DNA from: an uncultured Clostridia bacterium | Lineage (GTDB): Bacteria; Bacillota; Clostridia; UBA1212; UBA1255 | Direction: 5' to 3' | Length of the DNA stretch: 64,000 nucleotides | Assembly: GCA_947625435.1 (NCBI GenBank) | Contig: CANQOI010000003.1 | Location: forward strand, 1,591-65,590 | In this document: positions 1 through 7,736 of the stretch, piece after piece | How the letters are laid out: each line of letters opens with the position of its first letter | How positions within the stretch are numbered: the first letter of the stretch is position 1 | Made by a program: the position numbers and the translations under genes | The notes under the pieces: model-generated | Database searches by the model: none | What the model was told of the DNA's origin: nothing | What the model saw: the letters and a program-made list of their open reading frames with translations, nothing else

Positions 1-1219
1 TGTTGAAGATGCCCTTTATGACCTCGAGCTGATTGCGCCCGCGCTGCGGCTCCTCTCCCGGTATGGATTTTCTCTCGCGGCAGAACACGAGCGCCTTCCA
101 TCCGTCCATATAGTTCATGCCCTCGCTGAAGTAGACAGGCTCGCCCGTAAAATATGAGGTATACGAGTACTTCGAATATGCCTCTATCCCTCCGAGCGCA
201 TCCACTATTTTCTCAAGAGACGTAAAATTGACTCTTATCCAGTGGTCTATGTGTATCCCCTTGTACACATTCTGCTCAAGGGTGGCGATAGAAACGGAGC
301 AGTCGTTGTTGCCGTATATGCCGGCATGCGTGAGCTTGTCATAAGCGTCGCCCGTAACTCCGGGGAACTGAACGTATGCATCTCTCGGTATGGTAACGAG
401 CAATATCTTGTGAGTGTTCGGATTCACGGCCATCACTATGTTGACATCGCTCCTGCTCTTCTGATTTATGCTGCCGGAAACGTCTATGCCGCTTATATAA
501 AGTACAAACGGCCTTTCCGTAAGGGGCCCGTTGGGCGTCGCACCGGTCTGCCCGCTGTCCTGACCGGGATCGGTCTCTATATTTATTTCGACATCAATGT
601 CGTCCAGTATCCTGACATAGTTATCTATATTGTCACCGTTGTCGGCGTAAAAATCCCTGCGCATTCCGAAGAAATTCGTATCCATGAGTATCGCGCGCGT
701 TTCATCGCTGTTCATGAATGCGTTCCACATATCGTCGTAGCTGTCGTACGCGACAATGTTTATTGTGTGGCTCAGTCTTGCGGCGAGTCCGTCCATAGCT
801 TTCTTTATGGCATCAAAATCGTGATTGTTCTCCACGCCTATCTTATCGTTTGCAATGTCTTCTATCTTCTCTGCGCTGTCGTCAAGCTTGACTACAACGT
901 GATATTTGACAATATATGTCGATCCGGGCGTCGTCACTTTGTCTATGCCGCGGTTAAAAGGATTCACGTACTTAAATGACAGTACCGCAAGTACGACCGA
1001 CATGAGCAGTGAAAATACCATGCCTACCGCAACCAGCGGACGCGATCTTGATATGACGAGCACAGCCGATATTATCAACAAGAGCAGAAGTATGAGCACG
1101 ACAAAAAAGATATAAACGCTCCTGAGTATATCTGTTTTTATTATGCAAACGACAGCTGTTATAGAAAAGATCAGCTGGAGCAGAAAACCTATGATACCTG
1201 TTATCTTGATATTTTTCAT
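1..1219 (-). CDS. LytR-CpsA-Psr (LCP) family protein, partial; the C-terminal part runs off the window start
   Basis: Minus-strand translation from ATG at 1219..1217: MKNIKITGIIGFLL... with an N-terminal TM segment. Contains the LCP signature block ...RSDVNIVMAVNPNTHKILLVTIPRDAYVQFPG.... The plus-strand ORF 242..979 is its antisense shadow. Confidence 0.75.
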   Translation of the reverse strand, partial: MKNIKITGIIGFLLQLIFSITAVVCIIKTDILRSVYIFFVVLILLLLLIISAVLVISRSRPLVAVGMVFSLLMSVVLAVLSFKYVNPFNRGIDKVTTPGSTYIVKYHVVVKLDDSAEKIEDIANDKIGVENNHDFDAIKKAMDGLAARLSHTINIVAYDSYDDMWNAFMNSDETRAILMDTNFFGMRRDFYADNGDNIDNYVRILDDIDVEINIETDPGQDSGQTGATPNGPLTERPFVLYISGIDVSGSINQKSRSDVNIVMAVNPNTHKILLVTIPRDAYVQFPGVTGDAYDKLTHAGIYGNNDCSVSIATLEQNVYKGIHIDHWIRVNFTSLEKIVDALGGIEAYSKYSYTSYFTGEPVYFSEGMNYMDGWKALVFCRERKSIPGEEPQRGRNQLEVIKGIFN

Positions 1220-1410
1220 TTGTTATTACCTTCCGTTTCACATCGCGTACACAGGCACGCATGCATAGCTTTGTGCGTGCGTATCAAGACGCAGTGCTTA
1301 GATTAGTCCCATATACATGATTTGTCAAGTTAAAAACAGGTGACGGAAAATCACGATCATGTTTGACCTCTTTAATGTTTTATGTTATATTTCGCGATGG
1401 AGTGATTTAA

Positions 1411-1926
1411 TTGTATTCAAATTGGTATGTTATACAGGTACTTTCTAATAACGAATACAGGCTGTGCAGCAAGATAAACAACCGCATAGACCGCAGTCTG
1501 TACGCGGAATGTTTTGTTCCGCAGGCCGAGTATGTATATAAGTCGAACGGGAACGTCCATACGCGCGTAAGGCCGCTGTTTCCCGGATACATTTTTGTCA
1601 TAACCGATACGGTGGAGGATTTCTACAATCGACTCAGATTGATAGACGGCTTCAAGCGTTTTCTGAAGGACGGGAATTTTTTTACGTCCATAACAAACGA
1701 GGAGGCCGCATTTATCGCGGGTGTGACGGACAATGAGCACAGCGCCAGCATGTCCGAGGGGTATATACTCGATTCAAAGGTTTACATCACATCGGGTCCT
1801 CTCATGGGCAAGGAGGGCGCCATCAAGAAGATCGACCGTCACAAGAGGATCGCCCTCATCGAATTTTCTTTTATGGGCAATCCCGTCCAGATAAGGATGC
1901 CGCTCGAGATCGTGAGCAAGCTTTGA
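1411..1926 (+). CDS. NusG-family transcription antitermination paralog (NGN + KOW domains; LoaP/UpxY-like)
   Basis: TTG start with GGAGTG SD 7 nt upstream. N-terminus WYVIQV... is typical of an NGN domain. C-terminal KOW-like block ITSGPLMGKEGAIKKIDRHKRIALIEF. 171 aa, divergent from the LCP gene. Confidence 0.7.
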   Translation: MYSNWYVIQVLSNNEYRLCSKINNRIDRSLYAECFVPQAEYVYKSNGNVHTRVRPLFPGYIFVITDTVEDFYNRLRLIDGFKRFLKDGNFFTSITNEEAAFIAGVTDNEHSASMSEGYILDSKVYITSGPLMGKEGAIKKIDRHKRIALIEFSFMGNPVQIRMPLEIVSKL

Positions 1927-2013
1927 TACGATGCTGCGCCCGGCGTGCCTCCCCATGCATTTTCATCATAAAATAATATAAATAATGTATGTGAAATGCA
2001 GGAGGTAAAATGT

Positions 2014-2535
2014 ATGCGCACCACTCGCATCTGTCTTGTTGACAAATTTTTATTGGTCTTTTTGTCGGCACTTTTTATATACACGGCTTTCACACTTTTC
2101 ACGGGTACTATCGTAACGGAGAGCACTAAAACTGTCGACATACTGGTAAGAGCTTCATCGGCATCTATCTTCGGTTATTTTATAAGCAGCAATTTTGTAA
2201 AAAGTCACAGCGACAGCGGCATGGGCAGCCCGGAGGCCGCCGGCACCGATCAGGTTGCCGGCTGCGGCAATGACGGCACGGGCAGCAATGAAGGTACAGG
2301 CGGCACCGGCGCTGCGGAGACAGCAGCGCCTGCGCCGCAGGCGCCCGATCAAGTTAAATGCAATTCTCCGCAGGTGATAATCGTATCGCTGATAGGTCTT
2401 GTATCCATGATACTGATGTTCCTGTCAAACAAATACGCCGATGCCGCGCCGCACGCCGCAGCAACTATCGCGCAGCTCAGAGACTTTGTATCGGCGTGCG
2501 TCGGTTACCTCGTGAGCTGCGGCAAGTCTCACTGA
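2014..2535 (+). CDS. hypothetical membrane protein with a Gly/Thr/Ala-rich low-complexity linker
   Basis: ORF 1996..2535. The internal ATG at 2014 has a GGAGG SD 8 nt upstream. Two hydrophobic segments flank the low-complexity stretch GMGSPEAAGTDQVAGCGNDGTGSNEGTGGTGAAETAAPAPQAP. Confidence 0.45.
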   Translation: MRTTRICLVDKFLLVFLSALFIYTAFTLFTGTIVTESTKTVDILVRASSASIFGYFISSNFVKSHSDSGMGSPEAAGTDQVAGCGNDGTGSNEGTGGTGAAETAAPAPQAPDQVKCNSPQVIIVSLIGLVSMILMFLSNKYADAAPHAAATIAQLRDFVSACVGYLVSCGKSH

Positions 2536-2556
2536 CATCAGAATGAAATGCATGTA

Positions 2557-2584
2557 ACGAAGCCTTTTGATCGTTCATAGTATA
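2557..2584 (+). promoter_or_regulatory. sigma-K-like promoter upstream of dpaA (AC, 17 nt spacer, CATAgtaTA)
   Basis: The sequence gtaACgaagccttttgatcgttCATAgtaTAatt matches the mother-cell sigma-K consensus AC-17-CATANNNTA. It is placed about 35 nt before the dpaA start. Confidence 0.3.
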
Positions 2585-2617
2585 ATTAGTGAATTGATTT
2601 TACAAGAGGCTGAGAAA

Positions 2618-3490
2618 ATGGACGCACAAAAGAAATACAGGTTTTCCGTAGCGGGCGGTGATATGAGAAATGCGGATCTTGCGGAGCTGCTCGCGGCGGG
2701 CGGACACGACGCGTACACATTCGCTTTGGGCAATGCCGGTAAAATGAGCGGCCGCTGCTCAAACCTCGGCGAAGCGGCGGCGCTTTGTGATATTTTGATA
2801 TGCCCGATACCTTTTTCGACCGACGGAATATATCTTAACGCTCCTTTTCACACGGAAAAGATCAGTCTTCAGTCCGTTTCAGACATTTTACGTGAGTCCG
2901 GATTCGGAGGATTGCTCATAGGCGGACGCATACCGCAGGAGATCGTATCAACAGGCGTTGATTGCGTTGATATCCTTATGAGAGACGACCTGGCCATACT
3001 GAATTCTGTCCCCACCGCCGAGGGCGCTCTGCAGATCGCCATGGAGGAGCTTCCGTATACTGTTCACGGCATTAAAGCCGTGGTGTGCGGGATGGGGCGC
3101 GTGGGCTCCGCTCTTGCAAGACTGCTCGTAAAAGCGGGCGCGGATGTCACTGTTTCCGTGAGGAGCAGCCGGGACGCGGCTGTCTGCGAAGCGGAATGTA
3201 TCAAAAGTACATCTTATGAGGATCTGGCCGACATTTTGCCGGACGCTATGCTCGTATACAATACGGTGCCGGCAAGGGTGATCGACAGCCGCCTTTTGGA
3301 CGCGGCCAACGAAAATGCTCTTTTTATCGATCTCGCGTCGGCGCCGGGAGGCATCGATTTTGACTATGCCGCTTCCAGACACCTGCGTGTTATACACGCT
3401 CTTTCTCTTCCCGGGAAGGTGGCCCCGGCAGGTGCGGCTCAGATTCTGCAAAAGGTTATATTCAACGTTCTTCGCGAGAAAAATATGTGA
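2618..3490 (+). CDS. dpaA: dipicolinate synthase subunit A (SpoVFA)
   Basis: Start MDAQKKYRFSVAGGDMRNADLAELL with an AAGAGG SD. Rossmann motif VVCGMGRVG. Typical DpaA length (290 aa) and position directly upstream of the flavoprotein subunit. Confidence 0.8.
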   Translation: MDAQKKYRFSVAGGDMRNADLAELLAAGGHDAYTFALGNAGKMSGRCSNLGEAAALCDILICPIPFSTDGIYLNAPFHTEKISLQSVSDILRESGFGGLLIGGRIPQEIVSTGVDCVDILMRDDLAILNSVPTAEGALQIAMEELPYTVHGIKAVVCGMGRVGSALARLLVKAGADVTVSVRSSRDAAVCEAECIKSTSYEDLADILPDAMLVYNTVPARVIDSRLLDAANENALFIDLASAPGGIDFDYAASRHLRVIHALSLPGKVAPAGAAQILQKVIFNVLREKNM

Positions 3491-3514
3491 TTTTTTATAT
3501 GAGGGGTTGGTAAA

Positions 3515-4099
3515 ATGTTCGAATGTTTCGATGGGCTGCGCGTCGGGCTCGCCGTAACGGGCTCGTTCTGCACTCATAAAAATATTGCCGCCGTTGCTGA
3601 CAATCTTGTTAAGCGCGGCGCCGTTGTTTTTCCGATACTGTCATATGCCTCCTCTGAAACGTCTACGAGATTCATGTCAAGAGAGGAGCTGTATGATACG
3701 CTCGTGAGCATCACGGGGCACGAGCCCATTTGCACTATAAAGGAAGCGGAGCCTATCGGTCCCAAGAAGCTGCTCGATGTGGTGGCCGTCGTGCCCTGCA
3801 CGGGCAATACTATTTCTAAGCTCGCAAATTCCATTACCGACACGCCTGTTCTTATGGCGTGCAAGTCGCATCTGCGAAATAACAGGCCGATCGTCATTGC
3901 GGTCTCTACCAATGACGGTCTGTCAGGCAATGCCAAAAACATAGGTACGCTGCTGGCCATGAAGAATTTCTTTTTTGTTCCCTTCAGGCAGGACGACAGC
4001 GTTAAGAAGCCTTTTTCTCTCATGGCCGATTTTTCGCTTGTGAACGAGACTATCGCCATGGCTCTCGAGGGCTCCCAGCTGCAGCCTATCCTGCTGTAG
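3515..4099 (+). CDS. dpaB: dipicolinate synthase subunit B (SpoVFB, flavoprotein family)
   Basis: MFECFDGLRVGLAVTGSFCT... is a flavoprotein-fold N-terminus. 194 aa, GAGGGG SD, 24 nt after dpaA. Confidence 0.85.
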   Translation: MFECFDGLRVGLAVTGSFCTHKNIAAVADNLVKRGAVVFPILSYASSETSTRFMSREELYDTLVSITGHEPICTIKEAEPIGPKKLLDVVAVVPCTGNTISKLANSITDTPVLMACKSHLRNNRPIVIAVSTNDGLSGNAKNIGTLLAMKNFFFVPFRQDDSVKKPFSLMADFSLVNETIAMALEGSQLQPILL

Positions 4100-4180
4100 G
4101 CTGTCGCCGCAGGCTGTTCTTCTGCGGGCTGTTCCGCTAGGGCTGTTCCGCTGCGGGCAGGGCGGGGTAAAATGCAATAA

Positions 4181-4205
4181 GGCGGCCGCTCACGCGCGCG
4201 GCCGC
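4181..4205. terminator. bidirectional GC-rich hairpin between convergent dpaB and the glpQ-like gene
   Basis: The hairpin GGCGGCCGC-tcacgcgc-GCGGCCGCC is flanked by T-rich sequence on both strands. Confidence 0.5.
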
Positions 4206-4225
4206 CCCGGGGTTTATATAATATT

Positions 4226-4975
4226 TTACTCGTGCATGCCGTTTTTACGCAGCATATCCAGCACTCTGTCGGGAACGTTCGTTATTATTCCGGTTACGCC
4301 GAGCTCCATCGCGCGCTCTATGTCCTGCGGTGCGTCGACTGTCCACACGTTCACGTCTATACCGTTTTCACGGCACTTGTCCACTATTTCTTTATCCATG
4401 CAGTTTATCTCGGGATGTATGATATCCGCCTTATAGCTCCTGACAAATGCCACTGTCTCGTCCGGCGTCATTTTATGCCCGTACAGGAGCGCCGTCCTGA
4501 GATCGGGATGTGCTTCTTTGAGTTCTTTAAGCGACTTGTGGTCAAAGCTCGATATTATGGTGCGCTCCACACATGAATGTTTCACAAGTGAGTCGTACAG
4601 ATGATCAAACGCGAACGGCCTGTCGTCTTTCGGCATGAGCGGCTTTAATTCTATGTTTATCACACGCATGCCGTCCACTATATCGAGGAATTCTTCCAAT
4701 GTGGCTATGTGTGTGCCTTTGTATTTTTCGTCTGTACGTACCCCGAAGTCGTACTGCATGAGCTCTTCGTAGGTCATGTCGCATATCTCGCCCGTACCTG
4801 TCGACATTCTGTTTATATTGCCGTCGTGGCTCAGTACGTATATGTTGTCTTTTGTAAGACGTATATCGTTTTCGACACCGTCGGCTCCCATTTCAACCGC
4901 AAGTCTGAATGACGGCGCAGTGTTTTCCGGCGCGTAAGCCGAAGCGCCTCTGTGCGCCTGTACGTTTATCCTCAT
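4226..4975 (-). CDS. glycerophosphodiester phosphodiesterase (GlpQ/UgpQ family)
   Basis: MRINVQAHRGASAYAPENTAPSFRLAVEMGADGVENDIRLTKD... is the GDPD-domain signature (HRG...PENT...E.D). Confidence 0.8.
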   Translation of the reverse strand: MRINVQAHRGASAYAPENTAPSFRLAVEMGADGVENDIRLTKDNIYVLSHDGNINRMSTGTGEICDMTYEELMQYDFGVRTDEKYKGTHIATLEEFLDIVDGMRVINIELKPLMPKDDRPFAFDHLYDSLVKHSCVERTIISSFDHKSLKELKEAHPDLRTALLYGHKMTPDETVAFVRSYKADIIHPEINCMDKEIVDKCRENGIDVNVWTVDAPQDIERAMELGVTGIITNVPDRVLDMLRKNGMHE

Positions 4976-5193
4976 TTCAGCTACCTCCCGTTTAGTTCTT
5001 TTATACGGGACGAATTATAGTCTTTAATACTCATATTATCAAGATTTTTATTCCGCACCGGCGGCGGCGATAAATCAGTTATGGATTTATAAACTAAATA
5101 TTGTAAAATTTTTCTGTGATTTTGCCTTTATAATTTGACAATCCGGTTATAATATGATAGGATAGCAATGTAAAAAAGAGAGGAGATCATTAT

Positions 5194-6402
5194 ATGATCT
5201 GTCAATTTTCATTCAGGAATTTTATGTCATATAAAAATGAGGCTGTATTTGATTTCCAGGCAGCAGCTATTCCCGAGTTGTCCGACAGCGTTATTACGGG
5301 GGATAAGATGTCTGATCTTCTCCCGGCCTGCGTGATATACGGCCCAAACGGAGGCGGAAAGTCTAATCTGCTCAAGGCATTTGCCTGCCTTGTTTGTACT
5401 GTTGTAAAGCCCGTTGCAGATCTCGGAAAGACAAGGGAGGCTTTAATATTGCAGCTTGGGGCAGACTGCATTCCGTTTTTGCTCGATGACAATTCGCGGG
5501 ATGAGAGCACCATGTTCCGAGTTTATTTCCGCACTGACGGCAGCGAATACCGGTACAGCTTGGCTATAAATAAAGACGAGATAGTATCCGAATCTCTTTC
5601 ATGGAGAAATATCGGAGGGAAGAAAACAGGCGTTGTCTTTATAAGAAACTTTAGTGACATAGACCTCGGAGCCAGCATTAATAAGACAAGTGTCAACAAA
5701 CAAGTTAACCCCAAGATGCCTTATCTGTCTTTCCTTGCTATCAATTATGATTTTCCGGTCATAGCAGAGGTAATATCATGGTTTGAATCATGTATTATTC
5801 AAAGTTATGCCAATACGCATGTCGACAGCAGGATATTCTTTACAGATGAGAGCAACAAAAAGTCGATCATCCGAGCTTTGAATGATCTGGATATTGATAT
5901 CGCCGATTACAGATTCAGTGATGACAAGAAGCAAATGTATACTGTCAGAACAGTAAATGAAAAATCATATGAACTGCCTTTCGAATACGAATCCGACGGC
6001 ACAAGAAAGCTGCTTACAGCTCTTCCTATCATACTGATCGCACTTCGTTACGGAAGATTTGTTGTTATAGATGAGCTGGATGCCAAACTTCATCCGAAGC
6101 TCCTTCGTTATATAATCAAGCTCTTTCACAACCCCGAGATCAATAAAAACGGAGCCCAGTTGCTTTACACCTCTCACGATCTGACTACCATGAAGAATGA
6201 TCTGTTCCGCAGAGATGAGATATGGTTTGCATGTGAAAATGATTCTCATGAGAGTGAAATATATTCATTATATGATATTCGCGACGAAAATGACAAACAC
6301 GTCAATAATACCGCCGCATACGATAAGCAGTATATAGAAGGAAGATACGGCGCCGATCCTTACCTGCAGAATATTTTAGGAGGCGAATGGAATGAGTCTT
6401 AA
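5194..6402 (+). CDS. AAA_21-type ABC/SMC-like ATPase (AbiLi/RloC/OLD-family-like), defence-associated
   Basis: P-loop VIYGPNGGGKSNLLKA near the N-terminus. Walker-B-like RFVVIDELDAKLHP and LYTSHD near the C-terminus (split ATPase layout). AT-rich gene with an AGAGGAG SD. Confidence 0.75.
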   Translation: MICQFSFRNFMSYKNEAVFDFQAAAIPELSDSVITGDKMSDLLPACVIYGPNGGGKSNLLKAFACLVCTVVKPVADLGKTREALILQLGADCIPFLLDDNSRDESTMFRVYFRTDGSEYRYSLAINKDEIVSESLSWRNIGGKKTGVVFIRNFSDIDLGASINKTSVNKQVNPKMPYLSFLAINYDFPVIAEVISWFESCIIQSYANTHVDSRIFFTDESNKKSIIRALNDLDIDIADYRFSDDKKQMYTVRTVNEKSYELPFEYESDGTRKLLTALPIILIALRYGRFVVIDELDAKLHPKLLRYIIKLFHNPEINKNGAQLLYTSHDLTTMKNDLFRRDEIWFACENDSHESEIYSLYDIRDENDKHVNNTAAYDKQYIEGRYGADPYLQNILGGEWNES

Positions 6403-7069
6403 GCCGACTAAAAAAACGGATCTTGGCAAGGACTGGCTTAAAGGCCGTGAGGCGCGGTCAACAAGAGTAAGACTCAATCCCGAATATCATCTTATTGTCA
6501 CTGAAGGAATTGATACAGAGCCGAGATATTTTGAAGCTATAAAAAACGAGATAAATAAGAATTTCAAAGACCGTATCAGCTTCGAAATAATCGGTACGGG
6601 AGATAATACAATCAGTCTTTTCAAAAAAGCTAAGTCCATCGTTGACAAAAGTCCCAATGGATTCAAGCACGTTTGGATCGTATACGATACCGACGACTTT
6701 CCACGGGAAAACATAAATCAAACTTTTGAGTTATGTAAGTCAAGCTCCACCGACGAAACAAAGTATCATGCTTTATGGTCTAATCAATGTATTGAACTCT
6801 GGTTCCTGCTTCACTTTGCCTACTATCATTCGGACATACACAGAACTGAGTATTGGCCGAAATTGACTGAACACCTAAAAAAAATCAATGCCGGAGAGTA
6901 TACAAAGGATCGCGATGATATGTATCTGATTTTGAAGCCGTTTGTTGATACTGCAATAAAAAATGCAAAAAAACTTGCATTTAGAAATCAAGGAAAAACA
7001 CCGGCAGAATCAGCCCCAGGCACTGAGGTATATCAGATCATTGAGATGCTTAAACCGTTTCTAAACTAA
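6392..7069 (+). CDS. RloB-like (AbiLii-like, TOPRIM-like) partner protein
   Basis: Overlaps the ATPase gene by 11 nt. HLIVTEGIDTEPRYFEAIK matches the RloB family signature (...IVCEGEKTEPNYF...). Acidic VWIVYDTDDF motif. 225 aa. Confidence 0.7.
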   Translation: MSLKPTKKTDLGKDWLKGREARSTRVRLNPEYHLIVTEGIDTEPRYFEAIKNEINKNFKDRISFEIIGTGDNTISLFKKAKSIVDKSPNGFKHVWIVYDTDDFPRENINQTFELCKSSSTDETKYHALWSNQCIELWFLLHFAYYHSDIHRTEYWPKLTEHLKKINAGEYTKDRDDMYLILKPFVDTAIKNAKKLAFRNQGKTPAESAPGTEVYQIIEMLKPFLN

Positions 7070-7087
7070 ATGGATAGGAGATCACAC

Positions 7088-7267
7088 ATGAATGTAACCT
7101 TTGTAAATCCCGGAGTGGATTATATGATTTCGCGGATCATGGAGTCCCAATCCGAAGGTGAGTCCGCATTTTGGTCAGACCCTTTATTTCATTTCTTTCC
7201 TAAACTCGACAAAGCCCATGTCGACAGTCTTCCTTTTTCAACGATCTGCTGTGTAATGTCACTATGA
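7088..7267 (+). CDS. small hypothetical ORF (59 aa), first of an overlapping pair after the AbiL-like genes
   Basis: The ATG at 7088 has an AGGAG SD 6 nt upstream. It ends in an ATGA overlap with the next ORF. No recognisable family. Confidence 0.3.
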   Translation: MNVTFVNPGVDYMISRIMESQSEGESAFWSDPLFHFFPKLDKAHVDSLPFSTICCVMSL

Positions 7268-7662
7268 ATCCGATCGAACCGCGTTTTCTCAAGGAGCATC
7301 GCTTTGATGTTTTTTATCTGAACAGCGAAAAAGGAGCTATCGGTGAAAGTATACATGAAATCGTGCACTTTATGTGGTTTTATGTATGGAATCAGTTGTT
7401 CGGTGACGATTACGATGAGTACGAGCGACCCTCGCTTAACCGGCTCAGTTCAATCAATCCTTACTTTCCCGGAGAAAACGGAGGATGTATATATCCCTGT
7501 TTCTTTGATATGAAGGTGAACGGTGTGCTGATACCGGATACGCTCAATACCATGTATAAGTCTCAGAGTATTGAAAATTTCATGCGCAACAGTTTTGCTT
7601 ATTGCAAGGAACACGAGACTGAAATCAGAGAGCACATGATCAAATCAAACGGAGCGGTATGA
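7264..7662 (+). CDS. hypothetical protein (132 aa) with an HExxH motif (SIHEIVHFMWF)
   Basis: Translationally coupled to the preceding ORF (ATGA). Carries an HEIVH motif and is followed by a strong hairpin. This could be the C-terminal part of a frameshifted longer gene. Confidence 0.35.
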   Translation: MNPIEPRFLKEHRFDVFYLNSEKGAIGESIHEIVHFMWFYVWNQLFGDDYDEYERPSLNRLSSINPYFPGENGGCIYPCFFDMKVNGVLIPDTLNTMYKSQSIENFMRNSFAYCKEHETEIREHMIKSNGAV

Positions 7663-7674
7663 TAAATTCCCGTT

Positions 7675-7708
7675 AAGGAACGGCATGACCGAGATCATGC
7701 CGTTCCTT
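7675..7708. terminator. hairpin terminator after the islet ORFs, convergent with nifJ
   Basis: AAGGAACGGCATGA-ccgaga-TCATGCCGTTCCTT is a perfect 14-16 bp stem. It is followed by T-rich sequence on the plus strand. Confidence 0.5.
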
Positions 7709-7736
7709 CAGAATTTTATTGATTTTTCTTTACCGT

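Noticed and set aside
242-979. 245-aa plus-strand ORF at the window start
   Set aside because: It is the antisense shadow of the minus-strand LCP-family gene (1..1219), which has clear LCP motifs. The plus-strand translation is Val/Tyr-rich nonsense.
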